Source: Basidiobolus meristosporus CBS 931.73
Lineage: Eukaryota; Fungi; Basidiobolomycota
DNA length: 64,000 bases
Direction: 5' to 3'
Assembly (NCBI GenBank): GCA_002104905.1
Contig: MCFE01000005.1
Location: 215,784 to 279,783, forward strand
How positions within the stretch are numbered: the first letter of the stretch is position 1; every line of letters begins with the position of its first letter. Shown here piece after piece: positions 41,514 to 55,218 of this stretch. The position numbers and the translations under genes were made by a program. The notes below the pieces were generated by a model that worked only from the letters and a program-made list of their open reading frames with translations, ran no database searches and had not been told where the DNA came from.

Positions 41514-43585
41514 CTAAATGTTGCTCGATCTACCATTTGCTGACCATATCTTGACCGTAAGGTCAGCGGAGCTTGAGCATAATATTGGCTCCAAAGGATG
41601 GAAGGCCACATCGTAAACTCTGTCCATGTGGCCTTCTAGGCGTTGAATAAGACTGGCGTTGCCCTAATAATCCAATCTCGTTAATGATCCCATGTTCGCC
41701 ATACACAAAAGCAGGTTTAAATAACGGTTTACCTCCTGCACACCAACATTGTACAGGTAAACGTATGGGTCGGAGCTTCCAGTGGCCAAGATTATACTCT
41801 TGTCGAGCACACGTTCGCTACATTTGAGTGCCAGTCATTAGCTAAATGTTTCGGTCATCACAAACATCTCCTATTTACCGTGTCATCTCCGACTCCTCCA
41901 GATATCCATCGGCATATCCGTCCTCGTGGATATTCAATCTTCTAAAGCTTGCGTTGGTATCTAAGTAGATACATCAATATTAATGCCCATGATTGGACAA
42001 GCAAGATGTTTGTGAAAGGACCAACATTCTTTTCCTCTATAAAAGGCGCTGCGAATTGGCCAGTTTTTGTTTTTGTATCCTTTGACACTATGCAGAAGGC
42101 GCGGCACCGCCTTGAGTGGCTGGAATCCTCTATCATATACTCGAATCACTGTACAGACACTGGCGTTTAGCGTTGGCAGATTTCGAAGCAGGCACATACG
42201 GTGTTACCATTATCATAAGAGTTGATAGCCATTAGTTGAGGCTCCTCATCCAGATCTGTAACGGTATTTAGTAAAGTGGGGGTGTAAAGTATAGTGGGAG
42301 CAAGTTACCATTTGAAAGACGGCAAGTAGCTATATGAGAGATAGGTCGCTGCTGATTTTCATTCGCAATTGATTGCAAACACTCCCCTAGTGGCTATAAG
42401 GTCAATCGAGCACTTGTTGGCTAGCAGAAAGAGTGGCTTATACCTGTACGGAGGTCCCAGGTTTTCAGTTTTCCTAACGAATCACCAGATATAATGGTGT
42501 TTCCGTCACGGCAAGCATAGCTGCAAGAAGCGTATTTAGCGTAATGTTCTCTCTATTCTGGATTTCATAAGCAATACACACATTGTGTTGATCATGGCAT
42601 CATTCCTGATGATATTGGCTGGCTGCGGTTTTCTCTTATCAACAGTTCCGAGACACTTTTTGGATGTGCCATAGTGGAAAACCTCGCTATCTAAAGTGAG
42701 AACGATGGGGGTTAGATATTGGTAATGGAAAGGGAACGTTCACTGCTTACCTTGGCCGTTGTACTCTACACACTGAACAAAGCCTTCACATTCATATGAG
42801 GTAGACATTTTTCCAGACTCAGTGTCCCAAATCTTGCAGGTCTTATCATACGAACCGGATAATAGCTCGTTTGAATCTCTGGACCAACTCAGGTCTGATA
42901 CGTTAAGTGTATGCTTTTTCATACATTTAACCTGAAGGAAATTGAGTACACTTCCGGAAAGAAAATGCGTATGAAAGACATACCTCCGCTGACACTCCTA
43001 TATCCCATAGACGGATGGTTTGATCGAAGGAGCCAGTTGCCAAGAAATTGCCGCACGGTGAGAATTGCACACTGTACACAGCACCAAGATGACCCTATAC
43101 AAAACACCATGAATAATTGGGGCTCTAGGGGAGTTTCTATGGTCGGGGTACCTTAAGCTCGGATTTTTGGTGAAAGATTCTACCATCAGTATTTTTCTCC
43201 CGAGTTTTCTTGGCTAAGTTAGATTGGGCTGAGTATGCTTGGCAAAAATTCCGGAGCCACATGTACCGCAATACAACAGAGGTAGAAGGAGAAAACCTCC
43301 CAAGAGTTTACCTAAACTTTCGGCAATGTGTTTTTCGGTTTTCACCGCAGTCTCACGCAGAGCTTCTTCACTCTCCGCTGCGGAAGACTCGAGAGGATCT
43401 GAGGTGAAAGGATTGCTCCTGTGATGGTTGGAAGCAGTATAGCGTGCGGAGAGGTCGTAAATGGATTTTTTCAATATCGAATTCTCTTTCTCTAGTAAGT
43501 CGACCTTTTGCTTTAGAGATTTGTTCTCTTTCAGCAGCTTCTCGATCTGATCTTTCTCGGACAGGTTCCGTTTTTTGATGTCCAT
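41514..43585 (-). CDS. WD40-repeat protein with N-terminal coiled coil, multi-exon
   Basis: Coiled coil KLLKENKSLKQKVDLLEKENSILKKSIYDL; WD repeats KHTLNVSDLSWSRDSNELLSGSYDKTCKIWD and LEGHMDRVYDVAFHPLEPILCSSSADLTVKIW. Confidence 0.82.
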
Positions 43586-43825
43586 GACAGAAGTGTGTGT
43601 ATGTATTACTTCCCAAGGAAGTAGATATATTCAATGATGTATATATGATAGTTCTAGCAGTTCATATCCAATATCCCTAAACAGTTTTCCGATAATTAGC
43701 TTAAATCTAACTAGAAAATTAAGAACGCTACTATTATTACTGATGATTTGCACAGCTTGTTAGATTAGCAGTGAGCTAGATTAATTGACTATGATTGATG
43801 AATCACCTATCTTCCCACCCATCCA

Positions 43826-43883
43826 CCTTATCACCTTTCCACACCTTCCACACCTTCCACACCTTCCACTCACCTTCCCACCC
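43826..43883. repeat. Short tandem repeat (CACCTTCCA)n upstream of the subtilisin TATA box
   Basis: CACCTTTCCA CACCTTCCA CACCTTCCA CACCTTCCA CTCACCTTCCCA, followed by TATATAA near 43889. Confidence 0.6.
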
Positions 43884-43920
43884 TGGCTATATATAAGGTG
43901 TCGATAGTAGGAGTTTGGCA

Positions 43921-45297
43921 ATGAATAATCGAATGTTGATCCATGTCATTCTAGTTTTAGGATTAATCGGAGCAATTAATCCACATGTGATTCGGTATTC
44001 AATCAACGACCTCGATTTAGGTAAATTCGTCCTGACCTCCATGTTGCCTGCGTCCTGATTTATTGATTATTCTTAGCACAAAGAAACCTTTTACAAACTC
44101 TTGGATCCATTCGTGGACAGCATATCAACATTGCTGACAAGTTTCTGGGGTTTGTAGGGGAGATCTCTGACCAACAGCTGAAGAGGCTGCGAAACTTATC
44201 ATGGATAGATTACGTCGAGTCAGAAGGTCACTTTCTATCCAATGATCAAATCACGTTACAGCTTGATCCACCCAACTGGGGCTTACCAAGAATATCCCAT
44301 CGAAAACGAAGTCTGCACCTCCCGTACATCTACAACTCCAAAGCGGGGTAAATTAAGCGAGAACTATCTTTGAATCGAATCTAATTCAACTGCCTTGCAG
44401 GAGCGGTGTGGACGTCTACGTATTAGACTCTGGGGTGAACGTCGCTCATTTGGATTTTCAGGGGAGGGCGAGGTTGGGCGCGAACTTCGTGGACGAAGTG
44501 GCTGACGATTTGAAGGGACATGGTGACTATTCCCACAGTACTTGTGTCTGGGGTGAGTTCTAAATGGCTCATAGGAACTCACGTTGCGGGAATCATTGCC
44601 GGCTCGACGTATGGCGTTGCAAAAAAAGCAAACATCATTAGCGTCAAAGTAATTCCAAGCAACGGTCACGCCAAAACCTCAAGCATCATCCAGGGCTTGG
44701 AATGGGCAGTCAAAACGATCCAGCGAAGAAAGACCAACTCCGTCATAAACATGTCTTTCAATGGCCGAAGGAGTCAGGCAATCAATGACGCCATCGCCGC
44801 TGCTGCTACGGTGAATATCCCAGTGGTAGTTTCCGCAGGGAATAAAAGATCAGATTCTTGCAAATTCTCACCTGCTAGCGCAGATTGGGCCCTCACCGTA
44901 GGAGCCACGGACAAGCATGACCGAAAGGCGAAATTCAGTAATTTTGGGAAATGTGTGAATATATTCGCACCAGGAAGAAAGATCCGCTCCACATCCATTG
45001 GATCCATCAAGGCAACTGCCTTGAAATCCGGTACTAGGTTAGATTCTCCTCCCGCGCACACTAGATCAACCCCGTTATTAACCCAGATTGATTAAACTGT
45101 TCAGCATGGCCGCTCCCCATGTAACTGGGGTGGCCGCACTCTTTCTATCGCAAAGACCATTTCACACCCCAAAGCAGCTGTACGAGACGATCCTTCGAGT
45201 AGCGACAAGCAACATGATTGCAAATCTCACCGCGGAATCCCCTAATTTGCTGGCTTATAATATGCTTGAACACACAGAAGCGAACAAGCTTGAATAA
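43921..45297 (+). CDS. Secreted subtilisin-like serine protease (S8, proteinase K type) with signal peptide and I9 propeptide, multi-exon
   Basis: Catalytic triad motifs VYVLDSG, HGTHVAG (split by an intron) and GT-SMAAPHVTG; also WGLPRISHR and hydrophobic N-terminus. Confidence 0.93.
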
Positions 45298-45715
45298 ACA
45301 GAATCGAATAAGCTTGATTTGCTGCATGATGCAAGGAAGATCCGGAGTTACAGGGGGATTTTCGGAGCGGTACTGCTATTTGGACGGAAACTCGGCGGAA
45401 TTCACCTTTGTAGTTAAATCGATGTAATCCAATCGAGCACCGATTCTTGGCACTGGAGAGACAATGGCATTGATATTGATTAATTATTAGATTTGGTGAG
45501 AGACCATGCTCATTTAGGTTAAATATTTCAACCCATTTCCGTTTTGGGCCAAACCTAGATACCACAACTTTGATTACCAAATTGTAGATCCATGGATTTT
45601 CTATCGACGATGGCGAATGTGTCACCAATTTCCTTTAAATACATGGCACGCGCGGAAGATTTATTTCCATCCCCCTTTAATCGTTCCCCTCACATACTAA
45701 TCTTCAATTCGAATC

Positions 45716-46641
45716 ATGAGAAATGTATTTCAACGAGTAAACACAACGGATGTTGATGCTGATGCTGACATCGAGACTGAAAAGTCTCCCGTCACCACCA
45801 AGGCCGCCAGCACTTCCATCCTTCTAAGAATCCTACTTATCCTCATTGTTGGCGTTGGTACCTTGGCCGGTATTCTTGCTCTTGTTGCCACTATTCCCGG
45901 CCTGAGCCTCCCTTCTAGCTTGGAAGACGCCAAACATATCGTGCAAGTGTTGAGAGACTACATCCAGAACAATGAGGAAGGCCATTCAAAGACTTTCATT
46001 ATATTCACGCTTCTTTATCTATGGAAGCAAACCTTCTGCGTCCCCGGAACCATATTACTTGTAAGTTACCCCCAGCCTTTTGCTTACAGTCCAGCGTACT
46101 CATGTATACCTTTTAGAATTTAATAGCTGGTGCGTTGTACGGCATGTCGACCATCCCGCTTCTGTGCTTTCTCACTGCACTCGGATCGACCCTATGCTAC
46201 TACATTTTCTACTTTGCCGGTGCCGATATACTAGAGCATTATATCCCTGAAAGACTCGACAAACTCCGCGGCCAGATAGATCAGAACCGCTCTCGCATGT
46301 TCCTATATCTCATGACTATCAGATTGTTTCCATTCGCCCCATATTGGTTAATCAACATCGTGTCACCATTCGTCGGCGTACCCGTCTGGAGCTTCTTTAT
46401 CACCTGTATGTTGGGAATTATCCCGTACAATTTCGTAACCATCGAGGCCGGGGAAATGCTTTCCGAAGTGGAATCGGTGTCAGATATCCTTAATCCGTGG
46501 TTCATAATCAAGCTCCTCGTCGTCTCTGTGGTGCCACTCCTGTTGAGCTTCATTGGCAAACGGAAACACAAGGAAGAGGACGTCGAGAACCCCGAATGGG
46601 AAGAAGAAAAAGACGTGGAGCCATTAATGTCGGAAATATAA
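45716..46641 (+). CDS. TMEM41: VTT-domain / SNARE-associated Golgi membrane protein (TMEM41/Tvp38 family)
   Basis: YLWKQTFCVPGTILL-NLIAGALYG, ALGSTLCY and YLMTIRLFPFAPYWLINIVSP; one GT-AG intron at about 46061-46116. Confidence 0.88.
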
Positions 46642-46715
46642 GCATGTTGACATCATAGCAATCATCCTGTGTATAACACCTGTATAATCTTTTCTTCATA
46701 TCAATCATCTGTAGA

Positions 46716-46844
46716 GCATCTATCTTTTTTCCAATAATAAAAGCATCATGGAATACTCGCATCTATCTTTTTTCCAACAATAAAAGCATCGTGGAATACT
46801 CGCATCTATCTTTTTTCCAATAATAAAAGCATCGTGGAATATTC
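46716..46844. repeat. Three tandem copies of a 43-bp unit in the TMEM41 3' region
   Basis: Unit GCATCTATCTTTTTTCCAA(T/C)AATAAAAGCATC(A/G)TGGAATA(C/T)TC starts at 46716, 46759 and 46802. Confidence 0.9.
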
Positions 46845-47514
46845 GTTCTGGATAATTATCTGCCCGAATCAGGTTAGATAATACAACATAGCATTGGGTA
46901 ATATGGTCTAGTTATGGAGCCTGGTTCTTCACGATCGGTTGATATGCCTACCCCAATGGCCGCTCACATCTAAGGATCTTTGTTGATTTTTTATTGGATT
47001 CCGCACTCAGTTCTTTTATTGGGTTCCGTACTCGGCTCTCATTCTCAGCATTCAAACCATCCATCCATGGCCATATGCTAAAATAGGTTGCACGAATTTA
47101 CTCAATTTAGTAGCGCTTCAAGGAAAACTTGGAGGGTTCTGCAAGGAACATAAGCAACTGTATTACAAATTCTGCCATAGCATCTGATTAACACGGTCTT
47201 TCTAGGCTTTCTTCGGACTTCATAAGGTCTATCCACCGTACTCATTTTATACAAATTACAGAGAGCAAAGTATGCTTTTTGGGCATTACTAAGGGCCGTT
47301 GTCATATGACTTGATGCACCTGAACGCCGTCAGTCCCTTGTTTGTATGTGGAGACCACCCGCTATGGATTGGTGCACTAGGATAAAACGACAACTAGCAT
47401 CCTCAATAGGATAGCCACTCAACATCAAGTAATTCCGCATATACATCCATTGCAGCGTGGGACCATTTGGTAACAATTAATTAATCAGGTTTGATTTGTT
47501 TGATTTATTGGATA

Positions 47515-49454
47515 CTAGAGCTTAGTCTTGGGCGCTTGTTTAGCTAAATCTTCCTCGAAGATCTGCTTCATATCTTCCGCGGCTTCAGCCAATAGATGGT
47601 TAAGGGTTTTGGATCCTAGATGCAAGCTAGTGACGTTGAAGTGAAGTGCGTTGTTTTTAATGATGTACCCAATACCAAAGCCATCAGGAACAACTTCTCC
47701 AAAACCCCAGTTGTCGAAGTGCTCGCTAGCAAGCTGTGAGGTGGAGAGATTCCAGTGGGTGGACTTTGTATACCCTTTGTCAGTGAAGATGCTGGGTTTG
47801 GGCTCGTCTGAGCGTAAGCTAAGTCGGAGTCCGAATAAATGGCGGTCAACGCCCTTTCCTTCAGCAGCGGCTGCCAAGTATTTCACATGACTTTCCATGG
47901 CAGCTCTGGCTAAGGCTACCTTTTGTTCGGTAGGCACATCGATGTCCTCCATGGCCTTCACAAAAGCCGCGGACTCGATGGAGACGGTACGCCCCGTCTC
48001 TGTTCTACCATGCTCATATTTACGAGTAGTGGCTGCTTCGTAAGTAGCATCACTGCGCCCATACATCTTGTAGTAGGCCAGCTGAATGATCATTTGAACA
48101 AAGGCATCAGGACTGGAGCGACATTTCTTGATCAGATTTTTGCCATATCCGTGGTACGCGAGCGAGCTTAGCTCTTGCTTAGCCATCATGTTGTCATACG
48201 ATTCCTCAGAGGTTTTGATCACTTTCAGTGCTTCATCGTTTAGAACAAATTTCAATTGTTCTGGGGCCTTGAGATCTTGGCGGACAGTTTCGGAGCCGTA
48301 GTTCACACTCCCATTGGCGATACTGCTGAGGATATAGTCATTTAGGCGGGCATTCGGGGTGCCATCCATGCTTGAGTGCTCCGCCATGAAGCCAGCCTTC
48401 CCATTCTCGAACACTAAAAATTGGAGAGATTTGTCAAAGTATCTGTTGCGACCGTCACCTCCCCAGCAATTCCGGCTGTGCTCATCACGATTGGTGGGGG
48501 AGGTATCGTCTAGGCAAAGGAGGAAAGTTGCACTTTCAAGTTTTTCAAATAGCTCCTCGTTTTCTGGTGCAGATTTTAGAATCAGCTGGCGAGCGTCGGA
48601 CCAGACATCTCGATTGTCGCACGTCAAAACACCAATGGCAGGTCCTTTTGTGGTTCCAGCATCGGCAATGATCTTTTCCAATTGCGACTCGATTTCGGCA
48701 CTAGAGAGCTGTTGACCGTTATGGAACATGTCTAATATGTAGAACTTGTTCTTTCTAACGACTGCGATGTGCGTGTTGCTGTGAGAGTCAAAAGTCACCT
48801 CATAATCACAAGGTTTCTTTGGAATTCTGCATGCGTTAAACATATATTTGTATGAATCCATACAGTAGGCGTAAGCCTTCGTCCTCTCAGGCTCCAGTTC
48901 CCCCGTGATAACCTGTTGTCTGAACTCCATGGCAGCGGTCAATATACTCGCTGCCCTCTTGACTTGATTCTTTCGACGAGGGTCATCGTTGTAAGTGAAG
49001 AAGTAACTGACGTAAGGAACAAGAGGGTCCCTATATCCCATATACGCAAGCTCGTTCCACCAGTCTTCTAACCAATTTACACAATTTGGATCAGCTGCTT
49101 TGGCCTCCAGACGGCGTTGAAGCTCCGCACCAACACCAGATTTTTGGAACTCCTCTACAGCAGTTTGAGTCTTGGCATACTCTGAGTCGTCTAGCAAAGG
49201 ACGCACACTACGTAGATACTTAGAGCAAGTATCGGCGAGAGCAGGGACAGGAAGCCTGGGTAGAGATTTTTGGAATTGGTACATTCGAGTATTCTCAAGG
49301 CTTGACAATTGTTTAGCTAAGGGGCGGAGCGTGGAGAAGCACTAATCAAAGATGAGCATGTGGAGAGGTTGCAGACAAGTTAAAAAGCAACTATACATAC
49401 TTTCTTGTATTGAGGCTTGAGGGCCTTTCCCACCAAACTACGAGCTGCAAACAT
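47515..49454 (-). CDS. CAT2: Carnitine O-acetyltransferase
   Basis: Exon 1 MFAARSLVGKALKPQYKK, then QKSLPRLPVP, NWLEDWW, NRYFDKSLQ, EHSSMDG, YEAATTRKYEHGRTETGR and STSQ; ends -TKL*. Confidence 0.95.
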
Positions 49455-50167
49455 AGTAGCTTCAAGATAGATGTGACGAAGTAGTGACTTGGCGGGAGTT
49501 TAAAAAGAGATCACAGTCGCACCATGTCCCTTTGTGTTCGGTTGCCTGAGAGAATCGGATTGTCCACAAAAGTAGCATTTTCTACCTAATCCCCTATATG
49601 CTTATATTTCTCATCAATGACTTCAATGTATTATCGCATAGTCGGAAAATAAACCATCGAAATATCTTAACATTAGCAGATTTGATTATCTAAAATGAAA
49701 CCTCAGTATAAATACGGAATGCACATTTAGTAATATTGGTGGTATCAAATCTTTGATGTCAGCAATTCTATGGTTGGTGGTTGCGAGGTCTACAACAAAG
49801 ATGCTGCTGTCTCGGCTCGGAGCTTCATATCCAGATGAGAACCTGTAATAGTGCATTCATGTTCCCAGAAATTGCTTGGTGGTGCTGTTTCTGTGTTGCT
49901 TCTGTCCCTGCCATGTTGCTATTGTTGCGACGTGCTATCAACATTTTTCATAGTAATCAACGGACTGATCGATCACTTGAGTGACTGCTGCTTTTATATG
50001 CTTGATTGACTTGATGTCAATAAAATTTGCCAATTTCGAACTAGAACTCATCCTCAAGGCCTAGAGAAACTCCATCTGATAACAAACCCCATCCTACTAA
50101 TCGGATACTAAAATACTTCTATTTTGATTCCTCGATAGCTCCCTTCCAAGTACCCTTCAACGAAAAC

Positions 50168-51009
50168 ATGTCTGTCTCTCTATTTGCGCGCCTACCTAGA
50201 ACCGCCCTATACAACCTTACTACCCGTGGAATTTCCACCACAGCTCCACTTTTTCACGCTTCCAGCCAAGAAAAGATAAAAAGGGAGCTGACGGAGGATG
50301 AGAAGCAACTTATTGCGGAGATAATTCGTGTAGATCAAGCCGGTGAGCTCGGTGCTAATCGAATCTACCAAGGACAAATTGCAGTACTTGGTAGGGACAA
50401 AAAGTTGAGGCCGTTATTGGAGGTAAATGCTTCGGTCACTTACTCGCCTCTGTTGTGGAGCAGCAGCTTAATTCCTCGATGACTTCTATAGCATATGCTT
50501 GACCAAGAAAAACACCATTTAGCCACCTTTAACGACCTTGTTGCACAATATCGTGTGCGTCCCACCTTCTTGTGGCCCATGTGGTCAGTCGCAGGCTTCG
50601 CTCTTGGGGCTGGGACTGCTTTAATGGGAAAAGAGGCGGCCATGTGCTGCACCGAAGCTGTTGAGGCGGTCATTGGAAACCATTATAATGAGTACGTGCT
50701 GGTATAGCGCTGTATAGCTGTTCCTACGTTAACACCTTGCCATTACAGCCAAATTCGGGAACTTTTGAAAATTGACCATCCTGATGTTGAGAAGCTTCGC
50801 CCAATTTTGAAGCAGTTCCGAGATGATGAATTAGAACACTTGGATACAGCAGTTGAGCATGATGCTCATAAGGTAACGGTTTTTACGTGTACTCTGTCAA
50901 TAAGAATCGTCCACTTATCAGCAACCCATAGGCTCCTTTGTACAATGCTCTCACTCAGGTCATTCAGCAGGGTTGTAAAACAGCTATTTTTATATGTAAA
51001 AAAGTATAG
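50168..51009 (+). CDS. COQ7: 5-demethoxyubiquinone hydroxylase, multi-exon
   Basis: [55 protein letters not shown] and [12 protein letters not shown]. Confidence 0.97.
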
Positions 51010-51169
51010 CTACAAGTTTGCATGTTGATGGGAATTTTTGATCGCAATATATTATGCATTGTACACCAGAGTAGCTTCTATTAAGTAAACTCTAGATACG
51101 AAAGTCTGATGCGGTCAATATACTTCAGCATTTATTTGAAGAGCATTAGAGGCTGGCCATGAAAAATAA

Positions 51170-54100
51170 TCATCGGGCAACAAGTCTTTGACCATCCTCC
51201 TCCTCATCGTCTTCATTATCCTCGTCATCAATCAGCATGCCGGCTACAGGCCGGTGCATACAACTAATAGGGCTGGTACCCTGCTCAAGAAATGAGAGTA
51301 GAACCGGGAGGAAAACCAGTCCATGTAGCGCACCAATCACCACAATCAATAAGTACATACGGAAATAGTATATCTCAAAGATACGCGAGCGTGCAAACGC
51401 CAACACGACTATACCAGCAAATTTGGTCAAGGTAATTCCTGAGAACACCGAGCTGCCCACTGACACCAAAGCCATGTAAGCACGCTCGTTTCCATCCCCA
51501 TTGCTGATGACAAACGATCTTGCAATGTGACTGCAGAACTCCACGCTGATTCCCACACATATCATCAGATTGACTAGACTTACGGCATTCAAGCTGACTC
51601 CCCAGAGGTACATCCCTCCGATAACGTTGACCAGTATCATCACTACGGTGGTCAAGACTCCGATGGAGGCACGCAAGTTGCCAAGCAATATGCCGGTGAT
51701 AAGTGCGATCCCGACGATCGCGATTGATAGAAGCTTCCACGACAAGCTAACGATATAGGTGTACTGTTCGAAGAAGATATAGAAGATGGAATAGGGGAAC
51801 ACCTCAACTCCGGTCTCCTCGTAAACCTCTGCCGCGATGCGATGTGCTGCTTTGTAGCCAGCAATGAACTCGGCCTGAGTACGGAGTGGAGTATGATACG
51901 TTCGAATATGCGATGCCTTAATGGTGGTATGCTCCTCGTCCACTACAATGGCATCTCCGTAAGCAGCAGAGCCGGCAAGAGGGCACTCCTCATCAGGTGT
52001 AGACGACAGCCAATAGTCCAAATAGAAAAGGAATTCCCTTCCCCTGGGAAGCCCCTCCATGGTGATATTCCAAGAGGGGGTGTGGTCATCCATGCACATC
52101 TGGCAGTCCTCCTCATCGTCAAATGGCCCGCACATCTGGGGTTTCTTGTCATCAAGAGTATCTCTACGGAAACGGCAGCACATGTCAGCAGCAGGGTTTA
52201 GCCAATGTAGAAAATCATCTAGCCAAACTGAGGCTGGCTGTGCAATGTATGAGACCTCGGGCCGTTTTCTCTCCTGTTCTAGAATATTTGCCAATGAGTG
52301 TGAGTGGCAGGTCGAGAATCTGCCACAAATGGACTGCTGGCCATCAAGTGCGGTGGTATTCACGTTCTTGGTTACAAAGTAGACAGGAGGCCCAGTGCGG
52401 AAGTAGGAATCCAGATTGTCGAAATATGGAACAAGGTAGGAGTCTCGGGGTAGAGCGATTCTTTGGTCTGATAGGTCCTCATGTTAATACACTTCACTCA
52501 AGGTTCCATGTTAAAACGGGCTGCTTACCTAATCCCAATTCAATTTTGGACGAATTCAAGATTCCAAAGCCGAAGGCACCAAAGAATACCATGGAGATGA
52601 TGGTCTTTATGGAAGGGCTAAGGATAAATGGCGCATAGTGGATTCGCACAAACTTCTGGAGAACGCCTTCCTCGTGGGATTTCTGAGGGGCGCTAAGTCT
52701 CAGGCAAGGCATGCAGTCTACCAGATTGTCCTACACAAAGCAATGAGTGACCATTACAAGGATATTATGATGTCCTATGGTTTCTTACCTCAGCGCGTTG
52801 AGCGTCTAAAGACATAAAGGCAATAAAGCAGGTTACTTGCAAAACAAAATCAACCCAAATCGCGAGAGCAGCATAGAGTGCAAAAGAGCTTACAGCCGGC
52901 ATAGTAACAAAGCTTCCCAAGCCAAATGCAAACGTCTCTGAGAGGGCTGACAAGAAAATACTAGGCCCCATCTTCCCTAATGTCCTGGCGGCACGCTCTT
53001 GAACCGTAAAGTTTGCATCGCTACTCTGCCTTTCGAACTCGTGGCTAAGAATAAAAATATTGTCTACCCCAACAGCTAACACAAGGAATGGAATGACCTC
53101 GGCAATAATCAATGTGATCTTGACTCCTGCAAATGAAAAGACTCCGACAGAGACCGAGACAGAGGCAATGACAATCAATATGCCGCAAATGGCCAATGAA
53201 AACTTGGAATCGATTAGAAGTCGACGGATCGAGGAAGATCTTGATATCTTGCCCAGTGCAACGGAGGCATACAAAAACATCACCAGGTAACTGATGGCTA
53301 CGGTGCTTAGATCGGCATTGGACGAACGGTTTAGCTCCGCTTCAATGGAGCTCTAAACAATGTTTAGATTATGCATATCGACGATTAATTACCAATGGAA
53401 TCACCAACCTCAGTGGAGTAGTGGACATCTATTTCTCTGAGATCGAGTTCGGGGTCTCGGCGAAGATTTGCCAACAGGGAGAGTAGCGCCTTTTCCCATT
53501 CTTCCGCTTTTGATACTAGCCTCTTGTCATTGTAGTTCTTTAGAACGTAAGTTACAATCAGTGCGCGGGATTCATTGTATCGTTGCTCTTCAAAGCCACC
53601 AAAAATCAGATCCGGCTTTAGTGGCTGCTGGAAGGCAGGGAGACAGCTGCTCGGCTGATAAGTGCATAGGTCGAAGTTGGTTCTCCATGTGTCATGCTTG
53701 AAATTGGTGAGATCATCTTGCCAGTAGCCGGTTACTGATTGAATGACACAGGCATCCCCGACAGGCTTAAAGCATAGGTCTTGTAGCATGTGGCCATTGG
53801 TGGTGTTCAAACTGGCGATCTTGTCCTGGATCTTAAACAGCTGCCTCAAATGCTGTTCTTCGATCAAGGTCTGGTTGCTTTTGTGCGTGAAAATAAGCTG
53901 TTGTGTGCGATAAAAAGGTCCAAAGTTTTCGTCGAAGAACCGCTTGTGAATCGAACTATCGGACTCGGGGCCTACCCACAGTCTTTCGGGACTGGTTTCC
54001 ACTTGGAAATACGACCAACCAAGAGAGCAAAAGGCGACAAAAAGGATGGTTAAAATAATGACATGCCAAGGGTACGCGGAGCATATATAGCCTTGTTGAT

Positions 54101-55218
54101 AGAACCAATCTTGCAGTTTGGTGTTGAGCCAGTAGGGACGAGTGCTGGCGTCCAGTTCGGGGGAGAGAAGAGCGTCTTCTTCTTCACTGAGTGGAACCGG
54201 TTCGAAGCCTTGGCGGTCTCTCTTGTCACCAAAGTGGCGCATTATATACCCTCCAAATGCGACCAGAAGCAGCAACACCAAATAGCCAGTCAACAGTCCA
54301 ACTGATAAACAACTCCACGAGCCAACCATGCATCTATGATGCCCGGGGGATGGGCTTTCCAGAACTGGGCAAACAGCTGCACAATCAACACATGAGCACC
54401 TGCTGGATAAATCTTCGCCGTCGCAGCGTCTTGCTGTAGAGTTCAATGGAGTGAAAGCGCCAGTGGGATCGTGAAGAGGGTAACTGATAGGATAAGGTGA
54501 GCCGCCTACTCTTTCTTGACCCATAAAGGTCATCATATCATGATAATTCTTCGCGCCACCTCCTATAAGGTCCATCACAAATACATTGTCCGAAGGGAAT
54601 TTTACATCTTTGCAGGAATCGTAAAATCCAGTTCCAAAGCCGGAATCAACAAAGAAATCAACACTAGTGACAATTTCTTGCTTTGTTCTAGGCGAGATAC
54701 TGGTGGAGGTAACGTTTACAAAGGTCGATTGATTGGGTGAGCATGTAAACTGGCAGTAGAAGGAGAAGAAATTGTTCAAACAAGCCGGGCAAGCACTCAA
54801 AATGGTGTATGCAATTTTTGTGCTCTGCTGAAGTGAATCCAATTGGTTTTCGTCACAACAAACTAGGGAGTCTTCAAAATCTTTTCCACACACTTCCACT
54901 AAAAGCTCCCGATGTGCACTGTCGGGCTAAGTTATTGTAGTTAGCAGAAGGACATAATTGTCAACCAACGTAAATGTTGGTACAAACCTTCACAGCTGGT
55001 ATATTGGCCGGGCAACTCAACGGCTTGGCAAAAAAGCTATCGGTTTTTGGGCCGCATTCACCATACATGGCGCAATAACCATTTTGTCGAATGATACCAT
55101 CAGACGATAATTCCTGTGCGAATCCTGAGGCTAATAGCAGCAGGACAAGCAAAGGAACTACGGTGAAGAGGCTTCGAAACATGCATATATTAGTAGTAAT
55201 CCCTAGAGATTTATTCAT
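51170..55218 (-). CDS. NCR1: Niemann-Pick C1-like sterol-sensing membrane protein, multi-exon
   Basis: Cys-rich N-terminal domain (GYCAMYGECG; ACPACLNNFFSFYCQFTCSPNQS), FGPFYRTQQLI, sterol-sensing domain EVIPFLVLAVGVDNIFIL, and C-terminal GISVEFCSHI and HGLVFLPVLLS. Confidence 0.96.

Noticed and set aside
46716-46844. CRISPR-like array
   Set aside because: The copies are contiguous with no spacers, there are no cas genes, and the context is eukaryotic.
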